This document shows, in pieces, positions 37,872 through 48,499 of a stretch of DNA of 64,000 bases (position 1 is its first letter; each line of letters opens with the position of its first letter). The position numbers were made by a program, and so were the translations under genes. Source of the DNA: Phormidesmis sp. (lineage in GTDB: Bacteria; Cyanobacteriota; Cyanobacteriia; Leptolyngbyales; Leptolyngbyaceae); the NCBI GenBank assembly GCA_965248535.1, contig CBDFJR010000005.1:352001-416000 (forward strand). The letters run 5' to 3'. The notes under the pieces were generated by a model that saw nothing but the letters and a program-made list of their open reading frames with translations, had not been told where the DNA came from and did no database searches.

Positions 37872-38170
37872 CTGCGTTTAACCGCGATCGCTGGTTTGAT
37901 TGATGACAGAAGCTGATCAAAGTAACTCTGTTGTCAATCACTTTTTGATTGCCCCTCTGCTCAAAACTGATAAAACTCACAGGCGATGGACTGTCAAAGA
38001 AGATGTCCATAGAGGTTCAGCCCTGCTGTCATTGATCGTTCAGCTCAAACTCAAAGTCTCCCTCTACGCAAACCTGCACAAAATCAGATCGACAGCTAGA
38101 AGGCTGACTAAAACTAGGTGTTAGGCTGGAGAAAGATAGGGTGAAGCAGTTGCCAATAGAAGGCTTCATT

Positions 38171-38512
38171 GTGTCACCGGGAAACCCAATCCCCTTGTGG
38201 GTTGGGAGGGGTAGGTGCGCGGGTCAAGGGGTTCAACGCCCCGCAGACTCGCAATAATCTGTGCAGGAACAAACTGTTTTCTGGTACAATCAAGCTGACA
38301 AACAAGCCCACTCCTTTAATCAAGGCACGACCTGCAAGGCTACGCACTACAGGGGATACAGTTTCAGAAGCTTCGGCTTTTTGGGAGAGAGGGACGAGCC
38401 TTAAACGGCTCCTTGCGAAAAAATTAAATCCTTCGGGCTGCGGTCAATCAGCCTATTGCGCTCCGACTTCTAGACGGCTAGATGGACATGGAAGTGCAAG
38501 CCTCATCCCCTT
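38171..38512 (+). mobile_element. Internally deleted IS200/IS605 (tnpB) remnant
   Basis: Left hairpin CCCAATCC-CCTTGT-GGGTTGGG; TnpB-like C-terminus ILRAAVNQPIALR (38428-38481); half of a matching right hairpin (AAGCCTCATCCCCTTG). Confidence 0.6.
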
Positions 38513-38558
38513 GAAGGCTTCATTCTCTGGTTATTTTTAGCAAGAAGACTGCCAACCT

Positions 38559-40220
38559 GTGACTGCATCTGTTTTTGCGGCTGAACGCCTATTATTTACG
38601 TCTGCGACTCCTCAAGCAGACGCAATCTCGCTGATTTTTGCTTTCCCCAATGAATATAGTGTGGGAATTACGAGTCTGGGTTATCAAGTTGTTTGGGCAA
38701 CGTTAGCAGCGCGAAATGATCTAGAGATCAGCCGTCTATTTACTGACGTTCATGAATCGTTGCCATCCCAGCCTGAGATTCTCGGCTTTTCGATGTCGTG
38801 GGAACTCGATTACGTCAATATTCTCGGCTTGCTGGAATCGTTGGAGATTCCGATCCGATCGTGCGATCGCGCCACACATCACCCGATCGTGTTCGGGGGC
38901 GGCCCCGTTCTCACCGCTAACCCCGAACCCTATGCAGATTTCTTTGACGTGATGCTGCTGGGAGATGGAGAGATTTTGCTTGATGCCTTTATTGATGCTT
39001 ATCAGGCGGTTCGACACGCCGATCGTCAAACTCAACTGCGACATCTAGCCCAAGTTCCGGGAATCTACGTCCCTAGTTTATATACGGTGACCTATGAAAG
39101 TCCCGATGGTGCGATCGAGCGCATTGAGCCGATCGACTCCACGATTCCCGCCCGCATTGAGAAGCAAACCTATCGCGGCAATACGCTTTCAGCGTCTACG
39201 GTCGTCACCGAGAAAGCCGCCTGGGAAAATATTTATATGGTCGAGGTGGTGCGGAGTTGCCCAGAAATGTGCCGCTTTTGCCTCGCGAGTTATCTGACCC
39301 TGCCCTTTCGGATCGCAGACGTTGAAGAGTCATTGATTCCCGCGATCGAGCGTGGTCTACAAGTCACCGATCGCGTGGGATTGCTCGGTGCATCGGTGAC
39401 TCAACATCCAGAGTTTGAGAGCCTGCTAGACTATCTCAACCGACCTCAAAACGATGCTGTCAGAGTCAGTATTGCCTCAGTGCGAACGAACACGGTAACA
39501 GAGAAGCTAGCGCGGACGTTGAAGAACCATGACACCAAATCGATCACGATCGCTGTTGAAAGTGGCTCCGATCGGCTCCGGCAAATCATCAACAAAAAGC
39601 TGACCAACGACGAAATTATTCAAGCCGCCGTCAACGCTAAAGCAGGCGGACTCAGCGCCATCAAACTCTATGGCATGGCAGGCGTGCCGGGCGAGGAAGC
39701 CGAGGATCTTGAACAAACCGTTGCTATGATGCGCGAGGTTAAAAAGGCGGCTCCGGGTCTGCGACTCACCTTGGGATGCAGTACATTTGTACCTAAAGCC
39801 CACACGCCTTTTCAGTGGTTTGGGGTCAACCCTCAAGCCGAAAAGCGCCTGCAATTTCTGCAAAAGCAACTGCGCCCACAAGGGATTGATTTTCGCCCTG
39901 AAAGCTATAACTGGTCAGTGATTCAGGCGTTGTTATCGCGGGGCGATCGCCGTCTCTCTCACCTGCTAGAACTGACTCGACACTATGGCGACTCGTTGGG
40001 CAGCTATCGTCGTGCTTTTAAAGAACTGCGGGGGCAGATTCCTGAAATGAGCGTCTACGTCCACGATATTTGGTCGCTCGATCGGGTCTTGCCTTGGAGT
40101 CACCTGCAAGGGCCGTTACCTCAAGCTACACTGCAAAAACATTTGATAACCGCGATCGAGCAATTTACTCAACCCCCACAGGAACTTCGGGCGGCATCTT
40201 GTTCAGGACAGGTTGCTTGA
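38559..40220 (+). CDS. B12-binding domain radical SAM protein
   Basis: FPNEYSVGITSLG, CPEMCRFC and FVPKAHTPFQW motifs. Confidence 0.92.
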   Translation: MTASVFAAERLLFTSATPQADAISLIFAFPNEYSVGITSLGYQVVWATLAARNDLEISRLFTDVHESLPSQPEILGFSMSWELDYVNILGLLESLEIPIRSCDRATHHPIVFGGGPVLTANPEPYADFFDVMLLGDGEILLDAFIDAYQAVRHADRQTQLRHLAQVPGIYVPSLYTVTYESPDGAIERIEPIDSTIPARIEKQTYRGNTLSASTVVTEKAAWENIYMVEVVRSCPEMCRFCLASYLTLPFRIADVEESLIPAIERGLQVTDRVGLLGASVTQHPEFESLLDYLNRPQNDAVRVSIASVRTNTVTEKLARTLKNHDTKSITIAVESGSDRLRQIINKKLTNDEIIQAAVNAKAGGLSAIKLYGMAGVPGEEAEDLEQTVAMMREVKKAAPGLRLTLGCSTFVPKAHTPFQWFGVNPQAEKRLQFLQKQLRPQGIDFRPESYNWSVIQALLSRGDRRLSHLLELTRHYGDSLGSYRRAFKELRGQIPEMSVYVHDIWSLDRVLPWSHLQGPLPQATLQKHLITAIEQFTQPPQELRAASCSGQVA

Positions 40221-41277
40221 GAACCCGCTGACGCTTCAAGGCTGCACCCAATCCTAAAAATGCGCCCAACGTCAACAGTCCCACTACAGGAGAGGGTTCT
40301 GGAATCGATTTAGACTTCAGCACCGAGAAGGCATACTCTCCTAGAATTTCGTGCCCTCTGGTAGTCGGATGAAGCGGGTCCCAAAACAAAAAGTTAGGCG
40401 CATCCGTCACGGGATTGCACGGAGTCGCAGGCGGTGGAGCGGTTGGAAAGAGAGGCGTAGCGGGCAAACACTGCTCGGTCACGTTAGTCAACCCAAAGCG
40501 ACTAGGGCTGGCGATCGCTTGGTTGACCAGATCATTCACATCTAGAGGAATGATGTTAACGCCCAAGGTGGAAGGCAAAACGCCCAAGGTTTGAGCCAAA
40601 GCCGTGTTGTGAGCACTGCTCAAAAAACTCAACCCCTGAGAACGGGCTAGATCTCCCCGCGTTAGGGGCAGCTTACCGAGATCTGGCAAATTTGCGATTA
40701 AAAAGTTTTTTGCGCCACTCCCCGCCAGTTGGGTGATGGCTGTGCTGAGATTGGCGATCGCGCTTCCAACCGTGCCTTGGGGATCGGTGAGATTGGGGTT
40801 TAGATAGTCGTTTGCGCCTGCCCACAAAACGTAGAGAGCCTTTTGATCAGGAACCGGATTCTGACTTTGAAAGGTCGTAATCTGCTGCTGCAAGCCCGGT
40901 AGATTAGTCCCCAGTAATGGATTTAGCCCGTTGTCTCGTCCTGTAGTTGCGCCCCCATAGGCAAAATCATTCTTTGTGTCAACCCCAAGGCCCAGATCTT
41001 TGGCCAGATAGTCAACCCAAATGGCACCGTTAGAAAAGCGCCCATTGGCATATCCGATCGACAAACTGCCATTAGCAGCCGGAATCACCGGAGGCGGAAC
41101 GAGTCCCCCGGTGTCTCTCAACACGTTGCCAACATCAGAAAGGCTATCACCAAACACATATAACTGGCTAAAGCTGGCTGCGTGGGCGGCTTTGGGGAGC
41201 GAGATCAGAGCTACGATCGGCAAAGCAGTCAACGACAAAACCAACGATCGCTCACGGGAAGCTTTGAATACAGACAC
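40165..41277 (-). CDS. SGNH/GDSL hydrolase with PEP-CTERM sorting signal
   Basis: FGDSLSD, GRFSNG, GANDY, WDPLHPT, then IPEPS + TM + basic tail. Confidence 0.93.
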   Translation of the reverse strand: MSVFKASRERSLVLSLTALPIVALISLPKAAHAASFSQLYVFGDSLSDVGNVLRDTGGLVPPPVIPAANGSLSIGYANGRFSNGAIWVDYLAKDLGLGVDTKNDFAYGGATTGRDNGLNPLLGTNLPGLQQQITTFQSQNPVPDQKALYVLWAGANDYLNPNLTDPQGTVGSAIANLSTAITQLAGSGAKNFLIANLPDLGKLPLTRGDLARSQGLSFLSSAHNTALAQTLGVLPSTLGVNIIPLDVNDLVNQAIASPSRFGLTNVTEQCLPATPLFPTAPPPATPCNPVTDAPNFLFWDPLHPTTRGHEILGEYAFSVLKSKSIPEPSPVVGLLTLGAFLGLGAALKRQRVLKQPVLNKMPPEVPVGVE

Positions 41278-41414
41278 GTCATTCTCTCCAAGGTGAAAGA
41301 AGTTAAAGCGTGAAAAGATCTTCTAGGGAAATCTCAATCGATTCTTGAGCTAGTAGTCCGCCAAACTGGCTCTGAGGAGTAATATCGAACCACTTAGCCA
41401 ATATCTCGTTTGCA

Positions 41415-41471
41415 GGGGGTTTGGGGGAGGCAACCGTCCCCCAATGGGGGTTTGGGGGCACGCCCCCAAGG
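41415..41471. repeat. Tandem G/C-rich short palindromic repeat
   Basis: Two units of GGGGGTTTGGGGG-N(2-9)-(G/T)CCCCCAA. Confidence 0.65.
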
Positions 41472-41732
41472 GTCGGCAGCCCAAGACTATCGCCTCATCT
41501 CCAAAGCTCTGGACTAGTCAAAGTTGAATGGGTGAACTGCTAGATATTCTCTCCTCATTACGCCAAGATTTCCGTTGATAAGGATCGTCCTTTATAAAAT
41601 CTTTACTGAGCATGGCGGAATCTACGGATTTGCCACCAGAAAACGCTTCACAAACTGTCTTTTCTCGAATGATGGAGAAGAAAGCAACAGTCTCTACAAT
41701 AGAGAAACCACGTAACTGGGTCAGCGTTTCCT

Positions 41733-42477
41733 GTGATTTTCCGTTTAGTCCACCCTGCATTGGCTTCACTCTCTTTGGCTCCTGACTTTAGAGGCAGTTC
41801 GCTGCGATCGTTGGGATATCAAATCGGGGTCGTTTTAGTTTGGCTGGCGATCGTCGGCTTACTCGCAGAAGCCGCCAAACGCTTTGGCAAAGCAGACACC
41901 GAAGTGATCTCGCAAAGTGGTGCACATTGGCACCGGAAACGTCGTTTTGATCGCCTGGTGGCTCAAGATTCCTCTGTGGGTAGGGGTTTCAGCATCGATT
42001 TTATTTAGCGCGATCGCGCTCCTCTCTTATTTCGTGCCGATCTTGCCCAACATCAACGGCATCGGTCGCAAAAGCTTTGGCACGTTCTTTTATGCGGTCA
42101 GCATCGGTTTGCTAGTAGCCTGGTTTTGGTCAATTGATCAACCGCAATATGCCGCTTTAGGCATCTTGGTGATGACGTGGGGCGACGGCTTGGCCGCGCT
42201 AATTGGTCAACGCTTTGGTCGGCACATCTATAAACTGTGGGATATGCAAAAAAGCTGGGAGGGGTCTCTCACTATGCTGATAGTCAGCTATGCCGTTAGC
42301 TGGCTGATCGGGGTAGGCACCGTCGGCAACATCTGGCAAACCTGGCTCATTTCTCTGATCGTTGCCTTGGTCGCCACTGGGCTAGAAGCCTTTTCAAAGT
42401 ATGGAATCGATAATCTCACCGTGCCGATCGGCAGCGCCGCGATCGGGTTCTTTCTCAGCCAGCTATTGATTCCTTAG
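41733..42477 (+). CDS. vte5: Phytol kinase (polyprenol kinase family), 1-nt frameshift near 41910
   Basis: EVI/RKVVHIGTG, WGDGLAALIG, KSWEGS and IDNLTVP motifs; one extra base in GTGATCTCGCAAA. Confidence 0.8.
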
Positions 42478-42639
42478 CCTCGATCCATCGCAGGGGTGAG
42501 AGACTGAAAATGCCACCCCCGCTAGACTGAGAGTAGTTAAAACCCCAGCCAGGAAACTTTTGGCCCTTGAGAAAAGTCGCTGGTTTCATAACTTGAAACC
42601 GTTTTCCCTAAGACTCTGATCGTCCCCTACCCTGTAACC

Positions 42640-43260
42640 ATGACCTCTATCGTGAAGCCGCCCAGCCCAGCCCCTAATTGGGAAGAACACTCTCTCACCT
42701 CGCAGCCCGACCCTGAGCAACTAGACAATATCAAAGCTCAATTAGATCTGATCTTGCTGGCACTTGAAGCGATCGCGGGCATCAGTTCTGAAGCCATGCT
42801 GCAAGCGGCAGCCGATTTAGGTCTAGAATCCGTAGTTGCCGATCGGGTCTCTCTCTGGCGATTGCGTCAATCTAGCCCCTTAAGAAAAGGCCAAGGCGGA
42901 CGCAAGAAACTTGATGTCGAAGAAGCGCGGGCCCTCTCGCTCATCATCTGTCACCTGGCAAAACAGCACAATGAGTTAGTGCGTCGAGCCGTCGCCTTGC
43001 TAGAACAGCTTGCCGAACAGAATCGTGAACCCCACCAAGCCTCGCTGTTAGGAAACTATTTAGATGCGTTTCACAATACCTACCAAGAGCGGATGGAAGA
43101 TGGCGAAACGGTTCCAACCGATATCTTGACTCATCTGGCCCTCAAGCTTTTAATCGATTTATTGTTTTATGGCAGTTCAAACGGAGTCCGGCGGCTCTGG
43201 CTGACCTTGTTGGAGCGATCGATACCCTCCCCTCAATCTTCTCTCCCCTCTCACGCCTAA
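42640..43260 (+). CDS. DUF3038 family protein
   Basis: LDLILLALEA, WRLRQSSPLR and LLIDLLFY motifs. Confidence 0.88.
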   Translation: MTSIVKPPSPAPNWEEHSLTSQPDPEQLDNIKAQLDLILLALEAIAGISSEAMLQAAADLGLESVVADRVSLWRLRQSSPLRKGQGGRKKLDVEEARALSLIICHLAKQHNELVRRAVALLEQLAEQNREPHQASLLGNYLDAFHNTYQERMEDGETVPTDILTHLALKLLIDLLFYGSSNGVRRLWLTLLERSIPSPQSSLPSHA

Positions 43261-43290
43261 CTCTCTCTGACGTACTTCACTTTTGAACCC

Positions 43291-44715
43291 ATGTCTTTTT
43301 CTCCCTCAGTGACCCGACGGTATACGCCGCCCACCTGCACGTTGGCAATCTCCGCAAAAGACTCGCCCCTCTCGCGCTGGACAGGTCGCTCGCTGTTGAA
43401 ACATCTGCGGTTTAAACTCAGCTTTGACGATCCGCGAATCAGCGATGATCACTGGGTGACGGTGCAGGGCGATCGCACTCAGTTAGAATCGCTCTCTCAA
43501 GTGGTGACTGCCTATGTTCAGCAGTTTCTTAACCAATCCACCACTCTCTTAAATGCTGCTCACTTACCGCGTTTAGACAGCAATGTTAGCCAACGTCTTG
43601 GTTATTCAGCGATCGCCGCAACGCCAGGGGTGATGTCTAGTTCTGCCCTCGGTGATGCCAACTCTGGGTCAGATAACCCGGCTAAGATTTCAATTCAGCC
43701 GAGCGGCATTCTCTCCCATGAGCTATTTCTAGGAACCCTGTCTACTCAAGAATCGGGCGCATCCATCCGTTTAAGTGCCGTGCAGCTTGCAGATCTGGCC
43801 AGTGCTTTAGATGACTATGCCGCCGAGGTGACAGCCCTCCCTAATCTCAATCGCCCCGCTTGGTTAAGATCATCGCCTCAGTGGACAAGTCTGGCCGCCA
43901 CAGCGCTAATCGCCTTTGGACTGACGGCCTCTGTCTTGCGGTTGCTCGATCGCCCTGCTCAAAATCAAACCGTTGCGACCAGCAGCCAAGGAGCCAGCAG
44001 CAGCGACCAGCGCCTTGCCGTTCAACCCCTACCGAATAGCTCTAACGCTAGCCCGTCGGCCGCGTTGCCCACGACTCCTCCACCCTTGACCTCTATTCCT
44101 AACCCGCCTGCTCCATCTATTAAGCAGACGACTCCTTCAACGGGCACTCTGCCTAAAATCACCATTCCGTCTGAGCCTCCAGCCAACTCCGTGCTTGTAG
44201 ACCCGCCTCCCGGAGCCATCACCATTCAGCCTGTGCCGTCGGGCGATCGTCCCACTATTTATCCTGTCTCTCCGGTGCCAGGCAGCCGCGCCGAGGGCAG
44301 CAGTGCTAAGACTCGCAGCGCTCCCAGTTCGTCTGCGGCAGGTCAACGGGCGGTCGGAGAGAGAGCCGCGATCGCCTCCAACAGCACCAGCCCTAACCTC
44401 AGCCAAGACAGCACTGCCTTTGACACCATTGATCAAGTGTCCGAAGTCAGAAAAGTCTTTCAAAAGCGTTGGAAAGCTCTCCCAGAGACCTCGGAAAAGT
44501 TGCAGTATAATGTGACCCTAAACGCAAACGGCACCATTCGGAGCATTATCCCCATCAATCAGGTGGCAGGCGATTATATCGATCGCATTGGCATGTCTCG
44601 CTGGGATGAACTGTCTGTTTCACCCCTCCAGAAGGGAGATAGCGCCGTGATTCGAGTGGTTCTCAGCCCAGACGGAACGGTGCAAACCTTCTTGCAGCCA
44701 GCCAGTGGGCAATAA
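43291..44715 (+). CDS. DUF4335 domain protein
   Basis: RRYTPPTCTL start, QLADLASALD, TM, Pro-rich linker; follows DUF3038. Confidence 0.85.
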   Translation: MSFSPSVTRRYTPPTCTLAISAKDSPLSRWTGRSLLKHLRFKLSFDDPRISDDHWVTVQGDRTQLESLSQVVTAYVQQFLNQSTTLLNAAHLPRLDSNVSQRLGYSAIAATPGVMSSSALGDANSGSDNPAKISIQPSGILSHELFLGTLSTQESGASIRLSAVQLADLASALDDYAAEVTALPNLNRPAWLRSSPQWTSLAATALIAFGLTASVLRLLDRPAQNQTVATSSQGASSSDQRLAVQPLPNSSNASPSAALPTTPPPLTSIPNPPAPSIKQTTPSTGTLPKITIPSEPPANSVLVDPPPGAITIQPVPSGDRPTIYPVSPVPGSRAEGSSAKTRSAPSSSAAGQRAVGERAAIASNSTSPNLSQDSTAFDTIDQVSEVRKVFQKRWKALPETSEKLQYNVTLNANGTIRSIIPINQVAGDYIDRIGMSRWDELSVSPLQKGDSAVIRVVLSPDGTVQTFLQPASGQ

Positions 44716-44769
44716 AAAAGCGGGGTGTCTCACCAACGTCCCCGCCGCCTCATTTCTCACGATCAGCCC

Positions 44770-46650
44770 TTAATAGATTTCTACTGAAAGCGCGAAACTA
44801 TCGGCTTTATCAGAAGACACCTCAAGCGTATAGTCGCCGTCTGCCCGCAGTCGCCCTTGCCAGTCACGAGATTTGCTAGAGCTACCGCCGATCCGCTGAC
44901 CGTTGGGCGCGATCGCGCTAAAGTTCACGTCTCCTTCGGCCACTCTCACGGACATGATCTGTCGATTGCTAGCTTTCAACAAATACTGACGTTTGTGATT
45001 AGCGCCGACTTTGCCCGTCACCACCGTTGCCGATTTGCCACGATCGAACTTAATCCGCTGCGTGTCTGAATAGTCAGAATGACTTAATGGCGTGATCGCC
45101 ACATCGAGCGAGTAGACTCCGTTTCCGGTCACCTGAATGGTATATTGCTCGGTCGCCGGGAGTCGCCCCGTCCAACTGCGAGTTTGATAAGCCGCCGTGT
45201 CAATGCCCTGTTGATTGGCTCGCAGCACATTCATGACCACGCCCGATGACCCTTCTAGAGAAGCCGTCATAATTTGCCCCTGAGTGGCTTCTAAAACATA
45301 GGGCTTTCGCTCATCTTGCAGATTTCCGGGGATGACCATTGAGCTTTCCCCGGCCGGAAACTCAATTCGCTGCGGGTGGGTGTCGCTGATCGGCACAGAA
45401 TTGCTCCCACTCTCTTTAGCGGCATGGAGATTAATCGCTTGCTGAGTCGAACCTGGGGGCAGCGTAACTTTAAACAAGTGTGCTCCAATGCCCAGGGTGA
45501 CTAGAAGACTGGCTGCGATCGCAGAACCCACTCCAATTCCTTTTTTGGTAGGCGGTTTAATTTGATTTGACACAACCTTCTCTGGCGTTTGCGAAGAAGG
45601 CGCACCTTCTGGATGATTTGCCGTCATATAGAGTTGGGTTTTGATGGTGGTCACCGGAGCATCGGCGCGATCGCGAGACGCAGGCGCGATGTCTCGATTG
45701 CTCAGGGGTGCGGGCGGCAACAGCATCGGGTTGAGGAGGGTGCTTTGCATCGCTTCTTCCATCAACGGCTGCAAATCTGCCCAGGTTTCTCGTGCCGATT
45801 GATAGCGATCGCCGGGCTGCAATGCCAGCATTTTTTGCAAGACCAGCGCCAGCAACTCACTGATTTTGGCGTAGGGTTGCCATTGCCAAGCCAAAGTCTG
45901 GCTATCTAACAACCCTTGGGGTTCTCGTCCGGTCAGCAGCACGAGAGAAGTCGCCCCTAGCGCATAGAGGTCACTGTGGGGAGAGACCTTTCCGGTTTGC
46001 AACTGTTCAGGAGGTGCATAGCCCACTTTGCCGACGCGGGTGATGTTGGAGACGATGGGCCAGTTACTCGCCGCTTCCTTGACGGCCCCAAAATCGATTA
46101 AAACGGGCAGTTCTAGGGGCAGATTTTCGCTGGCAGACTGACCAAATAATTGATCAGAGCCTTGATTGTGGCTGCTGAGAATGATGTTTTCGGGAGAGAT
46201 GTCTCGGTGCACGATGTCACGATCGTGAAGATAGCTCAAGACAGGCAGCACATGATTCAGGAAATACAGAACTTCTGTCTCAGAAAACGCTTGTCCCTTT
46301 TGTTTACGGGCTTGCAGCAAACTCCGATAGGTTTGCCCCTTCACAAAGTCTTGCACCAAAAATAAGCGTTGCTCATCTTCAAACGCTGCCCAAAAACGCG
46401 GGATCTGAGGATGCTGAATCTGATAGAGCGTGCTGGCTTCTCGTTGAAACAAGGTTTTAGCTTTCTCGACCAAGGCATCGTCTTGGTAGGGAACTGTAAA
46501 CTCCTTTAAAACACACGGCTCGTTAAAACGCTCTTGGTCGATCGCTAGATAGGTTCGACCAAACCCACCTTGGCCCAAGACTTGCTTAACCAAATATCGC
46601 TGGCGGAGCAACGTTCCTAAAGAGATAGAGGACACCATTTCAGTTTGCAT
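44770..46650 (-). CDS. Ser/Thr protein kinase with TM and two extracellular PPC-like domains
   Basis: LGQGGFGRTY, HRDISPEN, IDFG and GYAPPEQ motifs. Confidence 0.93.
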   Translation of the reverse strand: MQTEMVSSISLGTLLRQRYLVKQVLGQGGFGRTYLAIDQERFNEPCVLKEFTVPYQDDALVEKAKTLFQREASTLYQIQHPQIPRFWAAFEDEQRLFLVQDFVKGQTYRSLLQARKQKGQAFSETEVLYFLNHVLPVLSYLHDRDIVHRDISPENIILSSHNQGSDQLFGQSASENLPLELPVLIDFGAVKEAASNWPIVSNITRVGKVGYAPPEQLQTGKVSPHSDLYALGATSLVLLTGREPQGLLDSQTLAWQWQPYAKISELLALVLQKMLALQPGDRYQSARETWADLQPLMEEAMQSTLLNPMLLPPAPLSNRDIAPASRDRADAPVTTIKTQLYMTANHPEGAPSSQTPEKVVSNQIKPPTKKGIGVGSAIAASLLVTLGIGAHLFKVTLPPGSTQQAINLHAAKESGSNSVPISDTHPQRIEFPAGESSMVIPGNLQDERKPYVLEATQGQIMTASLEGSSGVVMNVLRANQQGIDTAAYQTRSWTGRLPATEQYTIQVTGNGVYSLDVAITPLSHSDYSDTQRIKFDRGKSATVVTGKVGANHKRQYLLKASNRQIMSVRVAEGDVNFSAIAPNGQRIGGSSSKSRDWQGRLRADGDYTLEVSSDKADSFALSVEIY

Positions 46651-47336
46651 AGCTTTGGAGGACAAAGAGGGCCTTGAAAGACTACCTACGTAGCGATTAT
46701 CACTCAATATCTCTCTCGGTACTCATGGGGCATGACCCCCCATAGAGTCAGGTTCTGCCTTCTGAAAAGCCTTCAGTCAAAAGATTTCTATGAAGTAATT
46801 GAGATCACTTAGGACGGGATACGTTAAAACACGGGTTTAATCCTGGTGACAGTTAGAGCGCGATCTCGTTAAATATACGTAACTGCTTTGAACCCGTGAG
46901 GTTGAAACGCACTGAAACATTGCAGAATAATTCGTTAGTCAAAGAGTTAATCGTTGTACAAAAACCGTACAAAAAACCGTACAGAGGGTTTAGATTTTTG
47001 ACTGGATTTTTGAACCTAGCGATCGGGTCTGAACTTTGACGGATAAATCTTCACATCTCCCTAGAGATAGAAGAATAGTGACCAGCAAGCCATATAAAGT
47101 TTTATGACGAGATTAGTTGAGTTGACTGGCTTGACTGCAACTAAAAGTTAAGCGAAACTTACATTGACACGCTTAACTGCTTTCAAGTTTATTGACTTTT
47201 GTGACGATTTAAGTCGCAGTGAGTTGATTGATCAAAGTTCAGTAAAGTGTAAGAAAATTAGAGCAATCGTGTGCAGTCATCACTTGATGGTGACGATCGT
47301 GCCCTTAATACGCAGCCCTTTTGTAGAGCCGAGAGT

Positions 47337-47546
47337 ATGGAAACGCTAGAGTTTGTGATCTACCCAGATGGTCGAGTGCAAGAGACGGTGACAGGCATCA
47401 CGGGGACTTCTTGTGCAGAAGTAACGGCCGCGATCGAAGCCCAGCTTGGTCAAGTCCTAACTACAGAGCACACCTCTGAATATTTCGCGCAAACCGTTCA
47501 GCACTCTGCCGCTGTGACGATTCAAGCAACGTTTAGCCACTGGTAA
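47337..47546 (+). CDS. DUF2997 family protein
   Basis: METLEFVIYPDGRVQETVTGITGTSC. Confidence 0.9.
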   Translation: METLEFVIYPDGRVQETVTGITGTSCAEVTAAIEAQLGQVLTTEHTSEYFAQTVQHSAAVTIQATFSHW

Positions 47547-47588
47547 TTCTTTTCAGTTTGTAAAGTTTTAAATACGTTAACCACTGCC

Positions 47589-47975
47589 ATGTCACACTTT
47601 AGCCAAATCAAAACTCAAATTCGCGATCTCACCTCTTTACAGTCTGCTTTAGACGATTTGGGCATCGACTGGAAATCTGGCCCTCGCGAAGTTCGGGGAT
47701 ATCAGGGTCTAACTCACACTGCTGAGGTTGTCATTGAGCAAGACAACGGCTACGACATTGGGTTTGCCTGGAACAGTCAATCTTATGAACTCGTGTCCGA
47801 TCTGCAATTTTGGAAGCAAGACAGCCCGGTTGATTATTTTCTCAGCAAGATAACCCAGCGCTATGCCTATCACACGATCGTCAACGAAGGTGCTCACAAA
47901 GGGTTTCAAGTTTCTGAACAAAAGCGCAACCAAGATGGCTCGATTCGTCTAGTTTTGCAACGCTGGAGCGCGTAA
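47589..47975 (+). CDS. ycf35: DUF1257 / Ycf35 family protein
   Basis: MSHFSQIKTQ, DIGFAWN and ITQRYAY motifs. Confidence 0.9.
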   Translation: MSHFSQIKTQIRDLTSLQSALDDLGIDWKSGPREVRGYQGLTHTAEVVIEQDNGYDIGFAWNSQSYELVSDLQFWKQDSPVDYFLSKITQRYAYHTIVNEGAHKGFQVSEQKRNQDGSIRLVLQRWSA

Positions 47976-48439
47976 TGTCTTCCTCCCACGGGCCAGGCTC
48001 TTCAGGCGACTTCTTGGGCCCAGAGCGAACAGGACTAGAGCCTGAATTAGGCGGTTTTTTGAGAGACGCAGAAGCCCGATCGGGGTTTGAGCCAGAACTG
48101 GGCGGTGCCTTTCGGCAGAAGGGCGTTTATGTCGATGAGCTTGTCTGCATCGGCTGCAAACACTGTGCTCACGTTGCCCGCAACACGTTTTACATTGAGC
48201 CTGACTACGGGCGTTCTCGCGTCGTCTCTCAAGACGGAGACTCAGAAGACCTGGTTCAAGAAGCGATCGAGACCTGCCCTGTTGACTGCATTCACTGGGT
48301 CGATTACACGAGCTTGAAAAAGCTAGAGGAAGAGCGCAAATATCAGGTGATTCCAGTAGTCGGGTTTCCGGTTGATCACGCCATGGTTGCCAGCAGTCGG
48401 CGTAAACAGAAAATGAAAGCCAAAAAGAAGGAACGCTGA
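47975..48439 (+). CDS. Ferredoxin with duplicated EPELGG leader
   Basis: CIGCKHC and CPVDCI motifs. Confidence 0.92.
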   Translation: MSSSHGPGSSGDFLGPERTGLEPELGGFLRDAEARSGFEPELGGAFRQKGVYVDELVCIGCKHCAHVARNTFYIEPDYGRSRVVSQDGDSEDLVQEAIETCPVDCIHWVDYTSLKKLEEERKYQVIPVVGFPVDHAMVASSRRKQKMKAKKKER

Positions 48440-48499
48440 TGTCAAGTCTTATCTAGAGTTGAGGCTCCAATAGTAGTTGACTAGAGCCGTCTCAACTGT

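Noticed and set aside
38169..38540. 123-aa ORF as a real gene
   Set aside because: It spans IS-end hairpins and scrambled tnpB remnants.
46956..46983. NtcA box
   Set aside because: GTA-TAC spacing is 9 or 10 nt, not 8.
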